From assembly GCA_015521175.1 (NCBI GenBank), contig WAOR01000009.1, positions 4,764 to 68,763 of the forward strand: DNA of 64,000 nt, in the 5' to 3' direction. This document shows, one piece after another, positions 62,796 through 64,000 of this stretch. Numbering within the stretch: the first letter of the stretch is position 1; each line of letters begins with the position of its first letter. Below the pieces are notes generated by a model, which saw only the letters and a list, made by a program, of their open reading frames with translations, had not been told where the DNA came from and did not search any database. The position numbers and the translations under genes were made by a program. The stretch comes from Thermodiscus sp. (lineage in GTDB: Archaea; Thermoproteota; Thermoprotei_A; Sulfolobales; Acidilobaceae).

Positions 62796-64000
62796 ATGAT
62801 CGCCAAAATAAAAAATATTTTTTATAAAAATAAATCAAATGAAACAGTGGAACTCCTCCAAAGCCCCCGTCAGGATATCCCACAGCCATCCGGGCCCGAG
62901 CCACCCCCCATAGAAAGTGTCAGAATACAATACACCATCCGGCCAGTGGAATACTATATCTACGAGTCAGATACCGGGGCCCTGAGGCTACGCTTCATAG
63001 AACCGAGAGAGCCTCCGCAAGAGGTAATAGAGGAAATACTAATGGGGACGAGGCAACCATCCTCCACCATAGAAGCCTACTACAGGGACAAATCGCTGAG
63101 CGGCTACGGCAAGCTATACCCGCTGATAATAGATGATAACATTGAGGAAATAGCTGTCGACGGTCCAGGAAGCAATGTATCAGTAATAAACAAGCTACTC
63201 CCCGGCTTCTGGATAGACGTGGACCTATCACTAGGAGAACCCGAGCTAGACTCTATAGCAATACAACTAGCCCGCAAGGCTGGAAGACTGCTAAGCCTAG
63301 CTACACCCTACGCGGAAGGCATAACTGTTGAAGGCCACCGAGTAGCCGTCACTCTAGGTAGGGAGATTACAAGGCACGGCACTAGTATAGTTCTAAGGAA
63401 GTATCCGGAGAAACCGATTACTATCACCGATCTTATAGCTCAGAGAGTCTTAACACCGCTTGCAACAGCATACCTATGGATCCTAATTGAGGCCCACTCA
63501 TTCCTCATGATCATTGGAGGCATGGGGGCGGGAAAGACAACGCTACTCCAATCACTAGCAAGCCTAATCCCCCCACACCACAGGATCGTCACAATAGAGG
63601 ACACGCCAGAGATACGATTATACCATAAGCACTGGGACTCCCTAGTAACAAGGCCTAGAATCCCCGGTGAAGAAATAGAAGACATAGGCCTCGAAGACCT
63701 CCTACGCTTTGCACTCAGGAGGAGAGCCGACCATGTGATAGTAGGAGAGGTGCGGGGTAGAGAAGCAAGGCTCCTCGCCCAGGCGGCCGCCAGCGGGCAT
63801 GGAAGCTTAACAACCTTCCACGCTGACGATCCCGAGTCAGCGATACTGAGGCTAAGGCTAGAACCAATAAACCTCCCACCACTCTTCCTCGAAGTCATAA
63901 ACGCCTTCATCCTCGTAAGGAGAATACCAGTAGTAGGCGGAGGCTTCCTGAGACGTGTAGTGAGGATAACTGAGATTCACGACGATGAGCTTTTCGACAT
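62796..64000 (+). CDS. Type II/IV secretion-family ATPase (FlaI/VirB11/archaeal pilus assembly ATPase), 3'-partial; absent from the supplied ORF track
   Basis: Frame is open from the stop at 62781-62783 to the window end, with ATG at 62796. Walker A IIGGMGAGKTTLL, Asp box IVTIEDTPEI, Walker B ADHVIVGEVRG, His box HGSLTTFHA. Confidence 0.85.
   Translation, partial: MIAKIKNIFYKNKSNETVELLQSPRQDIPQPSGPEPPPIESVRIQYTIRPVEYYIYESDTGALRLRFIEPREPPQEVIEEILMGTRQPSSTIEAYYRDKSLSGYGKLYPLIIDDNIEEIAVDGPGSNVSVINKLLPGFWIDVDLSLGEPELDSIAIQLARKAGRLLSLATPYAEGITVEGHRVAVTLGREITRHGTSIVLRKYPEKPITITDLIAQRVLTPLATAYLWILIEAHSFLMIIGGMGAGKTTLLQSLASLIPPHHRIVTIEDTPEIRLYHKHWDSLVTRPRIPGEEIEDIGLEDLLRFALRRRADHVIVGEVRGREARLLAQAAASGHGSLTTFHADDPESAILRLRLEPINLPPLFLEVINAFILVRRIPVVGGGFLRRVVRITEIHDDELFD

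Noticed and set aside
1-64000. CRISPR arrays, IS elements/transposases, integrases, rRNA and tRNA genes
   Set aside because: I saw no regularly spaced direct repeats, no transposase- or integrase-like ORFs, and no tRNA- or rRNA-like segments by eye. tRNAscan-SE, Infernal and a repeat finder should be run to confirm.

Overview
Gene-dense archaeal chromosome segment with about 63 protein-coding genes, called by reading the supplied ORF translations and the DNA by eye. I found no rRNA, tRNA, CRISPR array, transposase or integrase. Several markers point to a hyperthermophilic archaeon, probably Thermoproteota/Desulfurococcales-like. These are a 1366-aa reverse gyrase, aIF5A plus deoxyhypusine synthase, SRP54, a class III signal peptide pilin next to a FlaI/VirB11-type ATPase, a tungsten-type aldehyde:ferredoxin oxidoreductase, and a Pyrococcus-type Asp-ligated ferredoxin. 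No species assignment is possible without a search. Content is mostly housekeeping and peptide or acyl-CoA metabolism: hutU/hutG/hutI, an acyl-CoA synthetase and dehydrogenase, a sugar-type ABC transporter, a thiamine-type ABC transporter, FeoB, MscS, a K+ channel and TldD/PmbA. Six items most deserve a second look. (1) A four-gene cluster of two thiolase-fold paralogs that both lack the canonical Cys and His catalytic residues, plus two DUF35 OB-fold proteins (41634-45023). (2) A mirror-image arrangement of CBS-domain genes and divergent minimal-nucleotidyltransferase-like paralogs (16172-19242). (3) An 877-nt ORF-poor stretch (37820-38696). (4) A nitrilase-fold protein without its Glu and Cys, translationally coupled to reverse gyrase. 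(5) Gene decay: a truncated ilvD and a frameshifted SDR. (6) A FeoA-domain ORF with a Trp/Gly/Arg-rich N-terminal extension. All family calls rest on motif recognition and need HMM or structure searches to confirm.
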